The notes below the pieces were generated by a model. That model was given only the letters and a program-made list of their open reading frames with translations. It did no database searches and had not been told where the DNA came from. DNA of 64,000 nucleotides from Klebsiella pneumoniae (GTDB lineage Bacteria > Pseudomonadota > Gammaproteobacteria > Pseudomonadales > UBA5518). Where the stretch lies: assembly GCA_945862145.1 (NCBI GenBank), contig CAMAXE010000027.1, forward strand, positions 1,330 to 65,329, in the 5' to 3' direction. The translations under genes were made by a program, and so were the position numbers. The first letter of the stretch is position 1. Each line of letters opens with the position of its first letter. Below are positions 44,450 to 53,828 of this stretch, piece by piece.

Positions 44450-45203
44450 CGCCGCGAGGCACCAACTGCAGGTTCTGCCACGCAAGGCGTTTGGCGTCCG
44501 GGCTCTGCAACATAGTTGCGGACCCGGGCAGCAGCGACACCACGCAGTCGAGGCCGTCGATGCGCTGGAGTCCGGGTGCGCGCGCAGCCCACTGCGGCGC
44601 GTCCCAGCCAAGCAGCAGACAGGCCGCACCCTCGCCCATCAGCACCAGTCTCTTCAGCCCGGCGCCACCGAATTTATCGATCCGCGCCATCACCGCATCA
44701 CGAGCCTCGGCAGCCACAAGCGGCGCGCCGCGGGGCGGCCAACTGAAATCCTGCGATTCAACAGGCTGCCGGCGGCGCTCAAGCACGAAAGCAACGGCCC
44801 CGGCCAATTCCGCTCCTGCCCGGCCGAGGGGCTGCTCATCGATCAGCAACGTGGACCCGGAGCGAGCAAAACCCAGGCTAAAACCCGGAGCCGCCGCCGC
44901 AGCCGGGCGCGCTGCAGGTGTATCACGGGGCGCTGCCGCCGCCGGTCGTCCAGGTAACTCGGCGCCACCCAGCAAGGCTTGTCCGCGACCCGGACGCCGC
45001 GACTCGACAGAGTTGGCTGATGCGTGACCTGCCGCGGCTGCCTGAGTGACCCGCTCGACCAGCTGCGCCGCCTCGGGCGCCGCGCGGGCAATCACACGCT
45101 CGTCAACTGACTCCTCCACCAGAACGGGCTCTAACTCGCCGCGCGGAAGCCACAACGGGATATCCATCGCAGCGAGGTAGGCGCGGCGCAGCGCTTCGTC
45201 CAT
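44442..45203 (-). CDS. Probable DNA polymerase III psi subunit (long Pseudomonas-type HolD)
   Basis: N-terminal RRAYLAAMDIPLWLPR, Ala/Pro-rich linker, FSWP, C-terminal KRLAWQNL; directly upstream of rimI as in holD-rimI synteny. Confidence 0.6.
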   Translation of the reverse strand: MDEALRRAYLAAMDIPLWLPRGELEPVLVEESVDERVIARAAPEAAQLVERVTQAAAAGHASANSVESRRPGRGQALLGGAELPGRPAAAAPRDTPAARPAAAAAPGFSLGFARSGSTLLIDEQPLGRAGAELAGAVAFVLERRRQPVESQDFSWPPRGAPLVAAEARDAVMARIDKFGGAGLKRLVLMGEGAACLLLGWDAPQWAARAPGLQRIDGLDCVVSLLPGSATMLQSPDAKRLAWQNLQLVPRGDA

Positions 45204-45221
45204 GGCGATCGACACCGCGCC

Positions 45222-46766
45222 TCAGATGCCGCTGGTCTGCGGGTGCGCGCGGGGTGCGGCACCCAGCGTATTCAGCGCGTCGAGGTAGGACTTGGCCGAG
45301 GCCACGATGATGTCGGTATCGGCGCCAGCCCCGTTCACGATGCGCCCATCACGCTCGAGCCGCACCATCACCTCGGCCTGGGAATCGGTGCCGGTGGTGA
45401 TGGCGTTGATCGAGAACAGCAGCAGCCGGGCACCGCTCGCCGCCTCATGCTCGATGGCACGGAAGACGGCATCAACCGGCCCGTCACCCTCGGAGAAACT
45501 GCTCCGCTCGTGACCGTCGATGCTGAGCACCACGGTGGCGCGGGGCTTCTCGCCGGTATGGGAGATCGCCTCCAGCGCCACCAGCCGGAACCGTTCCTCG
45601 ATCTCGCCGCTGGCGACATTACCGGCGATCGCCTGCAGGTCTTCGTCGAAGATCTCGTGCTTCTTGTCAGCGAGTTCCTTGAAACGCTGGAAGGCAAGTT
45701 CCATTTCGTCCGGTGTGTCGAAGCGCACGCCGAGTTCCTCGAAACGCGCCTTCACCGCCGCGCGTCCCGAGTGCTTGCCGAGCACCAGTCGGTTGTTGCT
45801 CCAGCCCACGTCCTGCGCGCGCATGATCTCGTAGGTTTCGCGGTGCTTCAGGATCCCGTCCTGGTGGATGCCGGCCTCGTGCGCGAAGGCATTGGCGCCG
45901 ACGATGGCCTTGTTGGGCTGCACCGGAAACCCGGTGATGCCCGAGACCAGCCGCGATGCGGGCACGATTTCCTCGGTGATGATGCGCGTCTCGACCGGGA
46001 AGATGTCCGATCGCGTGCGGATCGCCATCACGATCTCCTCGAGCGAGGCGTTGCCGGCGCGCTCGCCAAGGCCGTTGATGGTGCACTCGACCTGGCGGGC
46101 GCCGTGGAGCACCGCCGAGAGCGAATTGGCAACCGCAAGCCCGAGATCGTTGTGGCAGTGCACCGAGAAGATCGCCTTGTCGGCATTGGGCACGGTGTTC
46201 ATCAGGCGGGAGACGCGCGAGCCGTACTCGCCGGGTTCGCCGTAACCTACCGTGTCGGGCAGATTGATGGTGGTTGCGCCAGCGGCAATCACCGCCTCGA
46301 CGACGCGGCACAGGAAGTCGAACTCGGAGCGGCTCGCGTCCTCGCAGGAAAACTCCACGTCGCCGACATGCGAGCAGGCCTGGCGCACCGAACGCACCGC
46401 CTGATCGAGAACCTGATCGGGCGTCATCTGCAGCTTGTACTGCATGTGGATGGGCGAGGTGGCGATGAAGGTATGGATGCGCGGCCGCACCGCGCCCTTC
46501 AGCGCCGCCGCTGCCTGCTCGATGTCCTTGTAGGCCGCCCGCGCCAGACTGGCAACGATGCACTCGCGGATGGTGTCGGCAACGGCCTTCACGGCCTCGA
46601 AGTCACCCCGGCTCGCGATGGCGAAACCGGCCTCGATGACATCGACATTCAGTCGTTCGAGCTGTCGCGCTATCCGCAGTTTTTCGTCCTTGGTCATGGA
46701 CGCGCCGGGGCTTTGCTCGCCATCGCGCAACGTGGTGTCGAAAATGATCAACCTGTCCTTGCTCAT
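45222..46766 (-). CDS. leuA: 2-isopropylmalate synthase
   Basis: [47 protein letters not shown]; regulatory domain GDGPVDA. Confidence 0.97.
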   Translation of the reverse strand: MSKDRLIIFDTTLRDGEQSPGASMTKDEKLRIARQLERLNVDVIEAGFAIASRGDFEAVKAVADTIRECIVASLARAAYKDIEQAAAALKGAVRPRIHTFIATSPIHMQYKLQMTPDQVLDQAVRSVRQACSHVGDVEFSCEDASRSEFDFLCRVVEAVIAAGATTINLPDTVGYGEPGEYGSRVSRLMNTVPNADKAIFSVHCHNDLGLAVANSLSAVLHGARQVECTINGLGERAGNASLEEIVMAIRTRSDIFPVETRIITEEIVPASRLVSGITGFPVQPNKAIVGANAFAHEAGIHQDGILKHRETYEIMRAQDVGWSNNRLVLGKHSGRAAVKARFEELGVRFDTPDEMELAFQRFKELADKKHEIFDEDLQAIAGNVASGEIEERFRLVALEAISHTGEKPRATVVLSIDGHERSSFSEGDGPVDAVFRAIEHEAASGARLLLFSINAITTGTDSQAEVMVRLERDGRIVNGAGADTDIIVASAKSYLDALNTLGAAPRAHPQTSGI

Positions 46767-46856
46767 GGGACGTCCTCGATGTCTGACGGGCACGATTGTC
46801 CCGCTTAAGGTGACTGGGAGAAAGGCGAATTGTGGGTGAAAGCGTGTATGTGCCCC

Positions 46857-46943
46857 TCAGGGCAGCAGAAGAAGCTCGGGCAGCAGGCACGGTGCCGCCG
46901 GAGGGCGGGTGACGTGCTGAAGAGTGGCGGTTGAGCGGATCAT
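46857..46943 (-). CDS. Putative leuA leader peptide (28 aa)
   Basis: ATG 46943: MIRSTATLQHVTRPPAAPCLLPELLLLP*; six Leu in the last nine codons; ends 90 nt upstream of leuA. Confidence 0.75.
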   Translation of the reverse strand: MIRSTATLQHVTRPPAAPCLLPELLLLP

Positions 46944-46980
46944 GACGGCTGCGGGGAACGTTCAGGCAGAGGGTGGACAG

Positions 46981-47010
46981 ATACTAGGCAGATCGGGGTT
47001 GGGTTGCCAA
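46981..47010 (-). promoter_or_regulatory. Putative sigma70 promoter of the leader-leuA transcript
   Basis: Minus strand TTGGCA-N18-TAGTAT ending 37 nt upstream of the leader ATG. Confidence 0.4.
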
Positions 47011-47060
47011 GCCCTGAGGCGGCGGCGCTTGGAGGTACGTGAGCGACGGCGGTCCGGCAC

Positions 47061-47951
47061 CTACGGCGCGACGCCGGGCCAGAAGTCCTCGGGCTTGCCG
47101 TAGTGCGTGAGGAACTGACGGGCATCCTCGCCCAGTCGCTCCCGCAGGCGGGACAACAATTCCGGCGGCCAGGCAAGAGGTCCAATTGGACGGCGCAGCC
47201 GGGCGCCCATCAGGAAAGCCTCGCGTCGTCCAGGCTTCATCGCACGGAGCCACCGGGCAATGACCCGCTGGCGCTTAAGCAGGCGCAGGAGGCGCGTATC
47301 GCGGAGTTTGCTCTCCCCCAGGTTCAGGTGGAGACCGGCCTCAGGCAACTGCACATGCGCCGGCTCGACGCCGATGTGGAGACAGGCCTGTTTGAGCGTA
47401 GCCATGGGATCTCTGCGCATATCCTCGAAAAACAGAACACGGATCTGCTCCGGCGCAAAGAGTGCCCTGTAGGGGGCGCTGCGCTGCCAATACAGTGAGT
47501 CGGCGAAGAGCCGAGGCATGGCATCCAAGGCCTGCGAGAGAGAAAACGGGCACTCGAGCCCGAAGAGATGCCCACTGTGGTGCATCTCGCGATAGCTCGA
47601 GAGCAGCCGCTCCACGGGATCCCGCGCGAGGATCAGCACGCGGCACTCCGGGTAGTGCCGGGCCAGCGCTTGCGCTGCCGCCTCGCCTTCCTCGAGCGCC
47701 AGATACGCCGTGCTGCCCTCGCCGAGCTTTTGACCCGGTTGGGCGTGCCGGAAGTGGGCGCTGAACTGGGGCCAACCATCACGGTAGTTTGACAAACTGA
47801 AGAACCACAACTCCTTGGCAGCGGGAATGAACACCCGCGGATGCAACGCCAACATCGCGCAGAGGCTGGTCGTACCGCATTTGCCAAACCCCGGCACCAC
47901 GAAATCGAGCCGCGGTACGCCCTCGGGCACGGGTTCGCGCGGATCAGCCAT
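47061..47951 (-). CDS. PAPS-dependent sulfotransferase
   Basis: 5'-PSB loop GFGKCGTTSL, KELWFF, GEGSTAY, 3'-PB RDPVERLLSSY. Confidence 0.92.
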   Translation of the reverse strand: MADPREPVPEGVPRLDFVVPGFGKCGTTSLCAMLALHPRVFIPAAKELWFFSLSNYRDGWPQFSAHFRHAQPGQKLGEGSTAYLALEEGEAAAQALARHYPECRVLILARDPVERLLSSYREMHHSGHLFGLECPFSLSQALDAMPRLFADSLYWQRSAPYRALFAPEQIRVLFFEDMRRDPMATLKQACLHIGVEPAHVQLPEAGLHLNLGESKLRDTRLLRLLKRQRVIARWLRAMKPGRREAFLMGARLRRPIGPLAWPPELLSRLRERLGEDARQFLTHYGKPEDFWPGVAP

Positions 47952-48822
47952 CAACCGCTCCGCCCGGCTTACGGGCAACAATCAGCTGCGTACGTGGCCA
48001 GGCGTCGTCGAAGGCGCGTTTCACCTCGCGACCGCGAGGATGGTCGAGCAGCGCGGTCCAGGTGTGCGCCCAGTGCTCCACCACCGGAGCCCATGGCGGA
48101 TGTATCCAGCCGCCGCTCATGTAATTCACCACCCAGAGGAACGCCCAGTAGGCATCGAGGCCTTGTCTCCGGTCAATCTGCAGCCCTGCTCCCTGCACTA
48201 GAGCGGCGAAGTCGTCGCGCTCGATGATGCGAATGTGATTGGGCGCCCTGAAATATTCGTCAGGCGCGGTGACGCTGATCAGCCGCTCGCACTCCGGATC
48301 CGGTACCGTGAGCACATACACCGCCCCGGGACGTCCGATCCGGAACAGTTCGCCCATGAGCGCGACCGGGTCGTCGACGTGCTCCAACACCTCGGTGCAG
48401 ATCACGATGTCGGCACATCCCTCGGGCAGCGGAATCGGAGCGCAGTCCGTCACCAGCGACTCGGGGTCGGGCCCTCCGCGCGCGCGCACGCTCGCCATGG
48501 CACCCTTGAGGCGTTCGGCGTCTTTATCGACGAGAATCACTCGCGCACCATGCTGCGCGCAGAAGCCCGCGTTGCCCCCATCGCCGCATCCCACGTCCAC
48601 GACGAGCTGACCCCGCACGACGGGCACGCCACCCAGCAGCTCGGCGGTGGCGTTCTGAAACCAGCCGGCCATCACGCGATCACGCAGACCGACGTCGAAA
48701 GGCGAGGGATCACGCAGGCGTGGTGGCGCAGCCACGGCGAGTACCGGGACAGGTGGTGACGCAGCAGGCTCCTCGCGGAAGGCGCGGAAGGCGCGGCGGC
48801 AGCGCGTAATAAAGTCAGACAT
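47944..48822 (-). CDS. Class I SAM-dependent methyltransferase (resembles P. aeruginosa PA5457/PA5459 type)
   Basis: VVDVGCGDGG, CTEVLEHVDDP, YVLTVPD, NHIRI. Confidence 0.9.
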   Translation of the reverse strand: MSDFITRCRRAFRAFREEPAASPPVPVLAVAAPPRLRDPSPFDVGLRDRVMAGWFQNATAELLGGVPVVRGQLVVDVGCGDGGNAGFCAQHGARVILVDKDAERLKGAMASVRARGGPDPESLVTDCAPIPLPEGCADIVICTEVLEHVDDPVALMGELFRIGRPGAVYVLTVPDPECERLISVTAPDEYFRAPNHIRIIERDDFAALVQGAGLQIDRRQGLDAYWAFLWVVNYMSGGWIHPPWAPVVEHWAHTWTALLDHPRGREVKRAFDDAWPRTQLIVARKPGGAVDG

Positions 48823-49954
48823 GAATCCTGCTCTCCTTGGGGGATGGCGCAGGTGGCGGGGACGAGGTAATTCGCCGCCCCCACTCGCGCATGGGCACTT
48901 CCACAGCACGCCACGTTAACGAGGCCGCGCACAGGAGTAGCACGGCAAAGACAATTAGGGTGACGATCGGATGCTCGCCCGTACCGATTCCTCTTCGCGC
49001 CGCGGCCTCTCGCAACACGAACATCAGAGGTATGTGGCAAAGATAGACAGCATAGGAATGCGCGCCCAGCCAACGCCCCGCATCACGGGCCGTGCCGGGG
49101 AGTCGGTTGCCAAACGCGGCCGTGCCTGTCGCCGCCACGGCAACCACCACGGCCACGAGCAGGGCGATGAGATTGGTGCGCAACGCCAGACCTGCAGCCT
49201 GCGGCCCACCGAGAACCACGCTAGCGCCTATCGCCGCCAGCGCCAGCAGGGCCGCGCAGCGCCCATACCGGCCAACTAGCCACACCCACTTCGCCCAGCT
49301 ACCGCGCTCCGCGGCGAGCGCGAGCAGCACGCCCCAGGCGAGGGCATCGGTGCGGAAGGACATGCCGTAGATGTCACGCTCAGCCACGCAGAGGAACGCG
49401 ATCCACGTCAGCAGGAAAACCGCCAGCCATCCTCGCATCAACCATGCGAGCGGTGGCAGCACCAGATAGAACTGCCACTCGAGCGCGAGACTCCAGTACA
49501 CGAAGCTCGCGCCGTAGAACTCGACACCGAAAACACGGGCGAAACGCAGATTGGCGTACTGCAGCGCACCGGCAAGGCCCGCGTCGACATTGGCCTCAAC
49601 GGTGCCGAACACGCCGCTGCTGTTCCAGCGCCACGCGAGGAGAAGCACCAGCACCAGCCAGAGCCATGCCGCAGGCAACAGGCGGAAGGCCCGCCGCAAC
49701 CAGAAGACCGCCGTGACAGACAGAAACCCCGCAACACTGCGCGTACGCCGAAGTCCAGGCAACAGGCTGCGTGCGATGACAAAGCCCGAGATGCAGAAGA
49801 ACAGGTCCACGCCGATCCAGCCGCCGACGTGAGCAAACAATCCGGGCAGGAACATGCCCGCCGGAAAGAGATTACCGTTGATGTGATGCACCACCACGGC
49901 GAGCACGGCGGCGGCGCGCAGGATCTCGATGTCCTCGATACGGGCTGCGTCCAT
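48815..49954 (-). CDS. Acyltransferase-3 family membrane O-acyltransferase
   Basis: IEILRAAAV, GVDLFFCISGFVI, RRAFRLLP, WSLALEWQFY, SYAVYLCH, VEVPMR. Confidence 0.94.
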   Translation of the reverse strand: MDAARIEDIEILRAAAVLAVVVHHINGNLFPAGMFLPGLFAHVGGWIGVDLFFCISGFVIARSLLPGLRRTRSVAGFLSVTAVFWLRRAFRLLPAAWLWLVLVLLLAWRWNSSGVFGTVEANVDAGLAGALQYANLRFARVFGVEFYGASFVYWSLALEWQFYLVLPPLAWLMRGWLAVFLLTWIAFLCVAERDIYGMSFRTDALAWGVLLALAAERGSWAKWVWLVGRYGRCAALLALAAIGASVVLGGPQAAGLALRTNLIALLVAVVVAVAATGTAAFGNRLPGTARDAGRWLGAHSYAVYLCHIPLMFVLREAAARRGIGTGEHPIVTLIVFAVLLLCAASLTWRAVEVPMREWGRRITSSPPPAPSPKESRIHV

Positions 49955-49967
49955 GGGGTGCACGGAA

Positions 49968-51662
49968 TCAGTCCCCGTCCAGCGCGCGCCGCAGCGCTTC
50001 GACGGTGGGCTCCACGCTGAAATCCCGTGCGATGTCCTCTGCTGCCGAGCGCGACAGGAGACGATATTGCGCCGGACGCTCGCGCGCGCAGGCATCCGCA
50101 TCGAGAAAGGCCTGCCGCAGGGCATCCCAGTCGATGCGCCAGCGGAATGTCCTGAGCACGTGGCTCGCATCCTCCGGCCAGCTCGCAGGCTCGCGAGAGG
50201 AACGCACCACGAAGGTGTTGCCGGGGTTCACGTAATCGCGCATCGCCGAGTGGTCGGGTGCCACTGCCGGCACGCCGGCCCGCATGAACTCCATCAGCGG
50301 CAGGCACTGTCCTTCGCAAAACGCGCTGTTCACGACATAGCTGCTGGCATCGACCAGCGCCGCGTACTCGGCCTCATCAAGAAATCCGTGCAGAGCCACC
50401 ACCCGGCATCTGAAAGGGTGCAACCGCGACCACAGCACCATCAATCTCCCGTAAAAGGTGGCGGGGTTGCGGTGACTCATCTTCAGGAGGAGCGTGACAT
50501 CCTCACGATCACGGAAAGCCCAGCAGAAGGCCGTAACCATGTCCTCCCAGTTCTTGCGCCCGTCCTCGGGGTTGAAGACCGAGGTGAACACCACGCCGTC
50601 TAGGCGGAGTTCACGTTGCGCCACCTGCGTGGCAGAGGGCGTGGATTCACGCGCCGCAACGGAGCCGACGGATTCGATCCGAATAGATGCAAGACCCAAC
50701 CCGAGCGTGCGCGGATCACTCGCGCTCGCGACATGCGTGGCATCGATGCCGGAGAAACGCAGACAGAAAGCATCTTCGACGGGGTTGAAGTCGAACCACA
50801 CGGTGTCGAACCCCTCGCCCAGGCGGATCCGGTGGCTGTGCCCTCCGAGTTCAACGCCGATCTCCCGGCCAACGTTGGCACCGATGCCGCGCAGCGTGAG
50901 CCGCACGCGGCAGGGACGGTCCACGCGCCAAGGCAACTCCAACCAAGGCGCTGTGATACGTGACCACGCGCCCCATACATCCGCGTCATAGAAGCCGATG
51001 AGCGCAGGCACCACACGAGGGTTCTCGCGGCGGAAGCTCCACTCGCAGGGTGCGCCGTCCCATGCCGGCGTGCCCGACATCTCGCGACGATCGAAGCGCT
51101 CCACCACCTCGTGCGTGATGCGGCACGCGCGGCTGTCATGGATCTCGCCGCGGATGCGGATCGTTTTCCTATGGCGCACGCCCGTCCATCGACCGAACCG
51201 GCCGGCGAGACTCGCTCGCCATCCGTTCACCAGCGCGATGGGCGAAGCGATGGTGTGCACTGGCAGTCCGGGCAGCGCTTCGCGCACGGCATCGGCCGCC
51301 AGCGTGGAAAGCGTGATCACTCGCCACGCGCGCGCGAGCGGTGGGCGCCAATCCTCCACGCTGTGGTCCTGCGGGCCACGCACGGTGGGAATACTCGAGA
51401 ACTCCCACGCCACCACGATCACCAGCGGCACCGAAGACGACGCGGGCGCACGTTGCGGCGGCCCGAAGAAGAACAGCACTGCGCGCCCGTCCGCCACCGG
51501 CCGCGCGTGCGCGGGATCGTCGACCTCCACCACACGGGCGATACGCGCCAGCGCCGGCAGGAACTTCGCCCGCACGAAGTAATAGCTGTACTCGGCTTTA
51601 CCCAGCTGGTTACGCACATTCTCCGCGTTGGTCTCGGAGTAGACGTAGGCCGTCAGACTCAT
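49968..51662 (-). CDS. GT-B glycosyltransferase (PA5455/PA5456-like) with one inserted domain
   Basis: YSETN...LGKAEYSYYFV, AWEFSSIP, VFNPEDGRKNW, EGQCLPLMEFM, WPED. Confidence 0.88.
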   Translation of the reverse strand: MSLTAYVYSETNAENVRNQLGKAEYSYYFVRAKFLPALARIARVVEVDDPAHARPVADGRAVLFFFGPPQRAPASSSVPLVIVVAWEFSSIPTVRGPQDHSVEDWRPPLARAWRVITLSTLAADAVREALPGLPVHTIASPIALVNGWRASLAGRFGRWTGVRHRKTIRIRGEIHDSRACRITHEVVERFDRREMSGTPAWDGAPCEWSFRRENPRVVPALIGFYDADVWGAWSRITAPWLELPWRVDRPCRVRLTLRGIGANVGREIGVELGGHSHRIRLGEGFDTVWFDFNPVEDAFCLRFSGIDATHVASASDPRTLGLGLASIRIESVGSVAARESTPSATQVAQRELRLDGVVFTSVFNPEDGRKNWEDMVTAFCWAFRDREDVTLLLKMSHRNPATFYGRLMVLWSRLHPFRCRVVALHGFLDEAEYAALVDASSYVVNSAFCEGQCLPLMEFMRAGVPAVAPDHSAMRDYVNPGNTFVVRSSREPASWPEDASHVLRTFRWRIDWDALRQAFLDADACARERPAQYRLLSRSAAEDIARDFSVEPTVEALRRALDGD

Positions 51663-53800
51663 GTCAGAAGCTCCTGACGGGACACACGCTCCAGCAACTC
51701 CGCGAGGGGACCGGTCAGGCTGTCGGCGGAGCAATAACGGCGCTGCGCCTCGACGGCTCCAGTGGCGAGCGCCGCGTAAAGGGCCGGCTCGTCACGGTAG
51801 ACACGGAAACTCTCGCTGAACGCGGATGACAAGGACTCCCAGTCCAGCCGCTCGCGCAAGGTGGTGAAGCACTGGCGGGCATCGTGCGGCCAGAAGGTGG
51901 GCTCCGGGCTCGAACGCACGACGAACCCCGACCGCGCATCGTGGTAATCACGCATCGCGGTGTTGCGGGGCGCGATCGCGGGGACACCCGCGGACATGTA
52001 CTCCATCAGAGGCAGGCACTGGCCCTCTCCGCGCGAGGCGCTGACGACATAATCCGCAACGTCAATCAGCCGCGCATAGTCCGCGTGATCCAGATACCCG
52101 TGCACCACGATCACGCGGCAACGGAAGGGCGCCAGCTGCAAGAGCAGGCTGTGGAGCTGCTTGACGTAAGTCTGGACCTGCGTGTGAACCGCCTTCACCA
52201 CAAGGGTTGCGTCGGGTTCATCGGCGAAGGTGATGCAGAAGGCAGAGAGGATGTCTTTCCAGTTCTTGCGGCCATCGCCGGGGTTCAGCACCGCGACGTA
52301 AACGCAGCCTTCGAGCAGCGGCGCCTGCAATTGCCGCACGACCGGGACATCAGGGTCAGCCCGTTCAGCGAGGAGTTCCAGTCGCAGCGATTCCAGCCCG
52401 ATGCCGAGCACGCGCGGGTCAAGCCCGCCCTCCGGTTGCTCCGGAACCATGCCCTCGATCCGAAGCGTGTCCGTCGCATCCTCCAGCACCCCCTCGAGAA
52501 CGTGGAGCGAGAAGCTCTCTCCCGGCGTCCACTCAGTGCTCGCGGCACCCACGCTGCCACGGAGGACACGCCCTGCATTGCCGCCGAAACCCCTCAGGCT
52601 TGCCTGCAGCCTGAAGCCGCGCCCTATCTCCACCGGAAAGCGCATGTTGACGGCAGTGTCCCTCGACCATACGCCCCAGTCTTCCGGCAGTTGGAACCCC
52701 TCGACATTGGGAGATCCTGCATCCGCGCTGAACCTGAAATCGAAGGCGAGCGCAGGTACCTCGGGAAGGTCGACATCAGGCAGACGCTCGACGCGCATTT
52801 CCCAGAGCGCAATGCCCAGGGTTCGCGCGGTGTCCATGCCGTCCGGGCGCTCGGGAATCACGCCCGAAAATGCCAGTACCGAGGCTGGCTCGGGGAGCCA
52901 CGCCTCGAAGACGTGTTCGACAGGTGCCGAACACAGCCGCAGCGCAAGATCGGCATCACCCAGCGAGAGCCTTACGAAGCGACCATCGTTGCGGCCGAAA
53001 GCGCTGATGCGCAGCGACACGCGCAGCCGACCCTGCACCGCACGCGGCAGCACCACCCAGGGCCGCGTGTTGGCGGACCAGACACCCCAGGATTCGCATT
53101 CGTGGAATCCAACGAGGAGGGCCTCGCAAATGCCGGCGGTGAAGGCGACATGCAGCGGTTCTCCATTCCAGCGGGGAGCAACGGCTGCAGACACACTCCC
53201 GGGCGGCGGATCGGCGCACGGAGCGAGACCGTCCGACAGGAACTCGTGAGCGCGACTGTCGAGGACCAGCGCGTCCATGACGAGCGCACGGGATGTGCGG
53301 GCATCTGCGTGCGGTTCTTGCGACAGTGCGTTGAATACATCGAACACCGGCGCAGGCAGCACCATCACCGGAAACGCCTCGCCAAGCGCGGCGCGCACGA
53401 CATCGGCCGCAAAACTGGAGTGCGTGATGGCAGCGCCACAGCGGCGCAGCACGTCGGCCCAGTCGGCGCCCACGCCCGAGCCGTCGCCCAACTCGGGCAA
53501 CGTAGAGAATTCCCACGCAAACACCGGCACCACCGGGCAGGGCAAGTCCACGCAGGTCGCATGAGGGGGCGTAAAAGAGAGGAATACTGGCCAGACACCG
53601 GTGGCGAGCAGCGCCTCGATACGTGCGGGCACTTCCCGCCCGGGATCGCGGATGCGCTCGACCTGCCCGAAACGCTCGAGCAACGGGACGAAGGACTCGA
53701 GCACGAAGTGGTAACTGTAATCAGGCGTGCCCAGACCGGTGCGGACACTGCCCGCATCGTGCAGCGCATGGACCAGAAAGTGCGGCCTTTCGATGCTCAT
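51659..53800 (-). CDS. GT-B glycosyltransferase (PA5455/PA5456-like) with two inserted domains
   Basis: LGTPDYSYHFV, FAWEFSTLP, VLNPGDGRKNW, EGQCLPLMEYM, WPHD. Confidence 0.88.
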   Translation of the reverse strand: MSIERPHFLVHALHDAGSVRTGLGTPDYSYHFVLESFVPLLERFGQVERIRDPGREVPARIEALLATGVWPVFLSFTPPHATCVDLPCPVVPVFAWEFSTLPELGDGSGVGADWADVLRRCGAAITHSSFAADVVRAALGEAFPVMVLPAPVFDVFNALSQEPHADARTSRALVMDALVLDSRAHEFLSDGLAPCADPPPGSVSAAVAPRWNGEPLHVAFTAGICEALLVGFHECESWGVWSANTRPWVVLPRAVQGRLRVSLRISAFGRNDGRFVRLSLGDADLALRLCSAPVEHVFEAWLPEPASVLAFSGVIPERPDGMDTARTLGIALWEMRVERLPDVDLPEVPALAFDFRFSADAGSPNVEGFQLPEDWGVWSRDTAVNMRFPVEIGRGFRLQASLRGFGGNAGRVLRGSVGAASTEWTPGESFSLHVLEGVLEDATDTLRIEGMVPEQPEGGLDPRVLGIGLESLRLELLAERADPDVPVVRQLQAPLLEGCVYVAVLNPGDGRKNWKDILSAFCITFADEPDATLVVKAVHTQVQTYVKQLHSLLLQLAPFRCRVIVVHGYLDHADYARLIDVADYVVSASRGEGQCLPLMEYMSAGVPAIAPRNTAMRDYHDARSGFVVRSSPEPTFWPHDARQCFTTLRERLDWESLSSAFSESFRVYRDEPALYAALATGAVEAQRRYCSADSLTGPLAELLERVSRQELLT

Positions 53801-53828
53801 GCGGCGGGAGCCTGGAGGGCCGGCAGGC

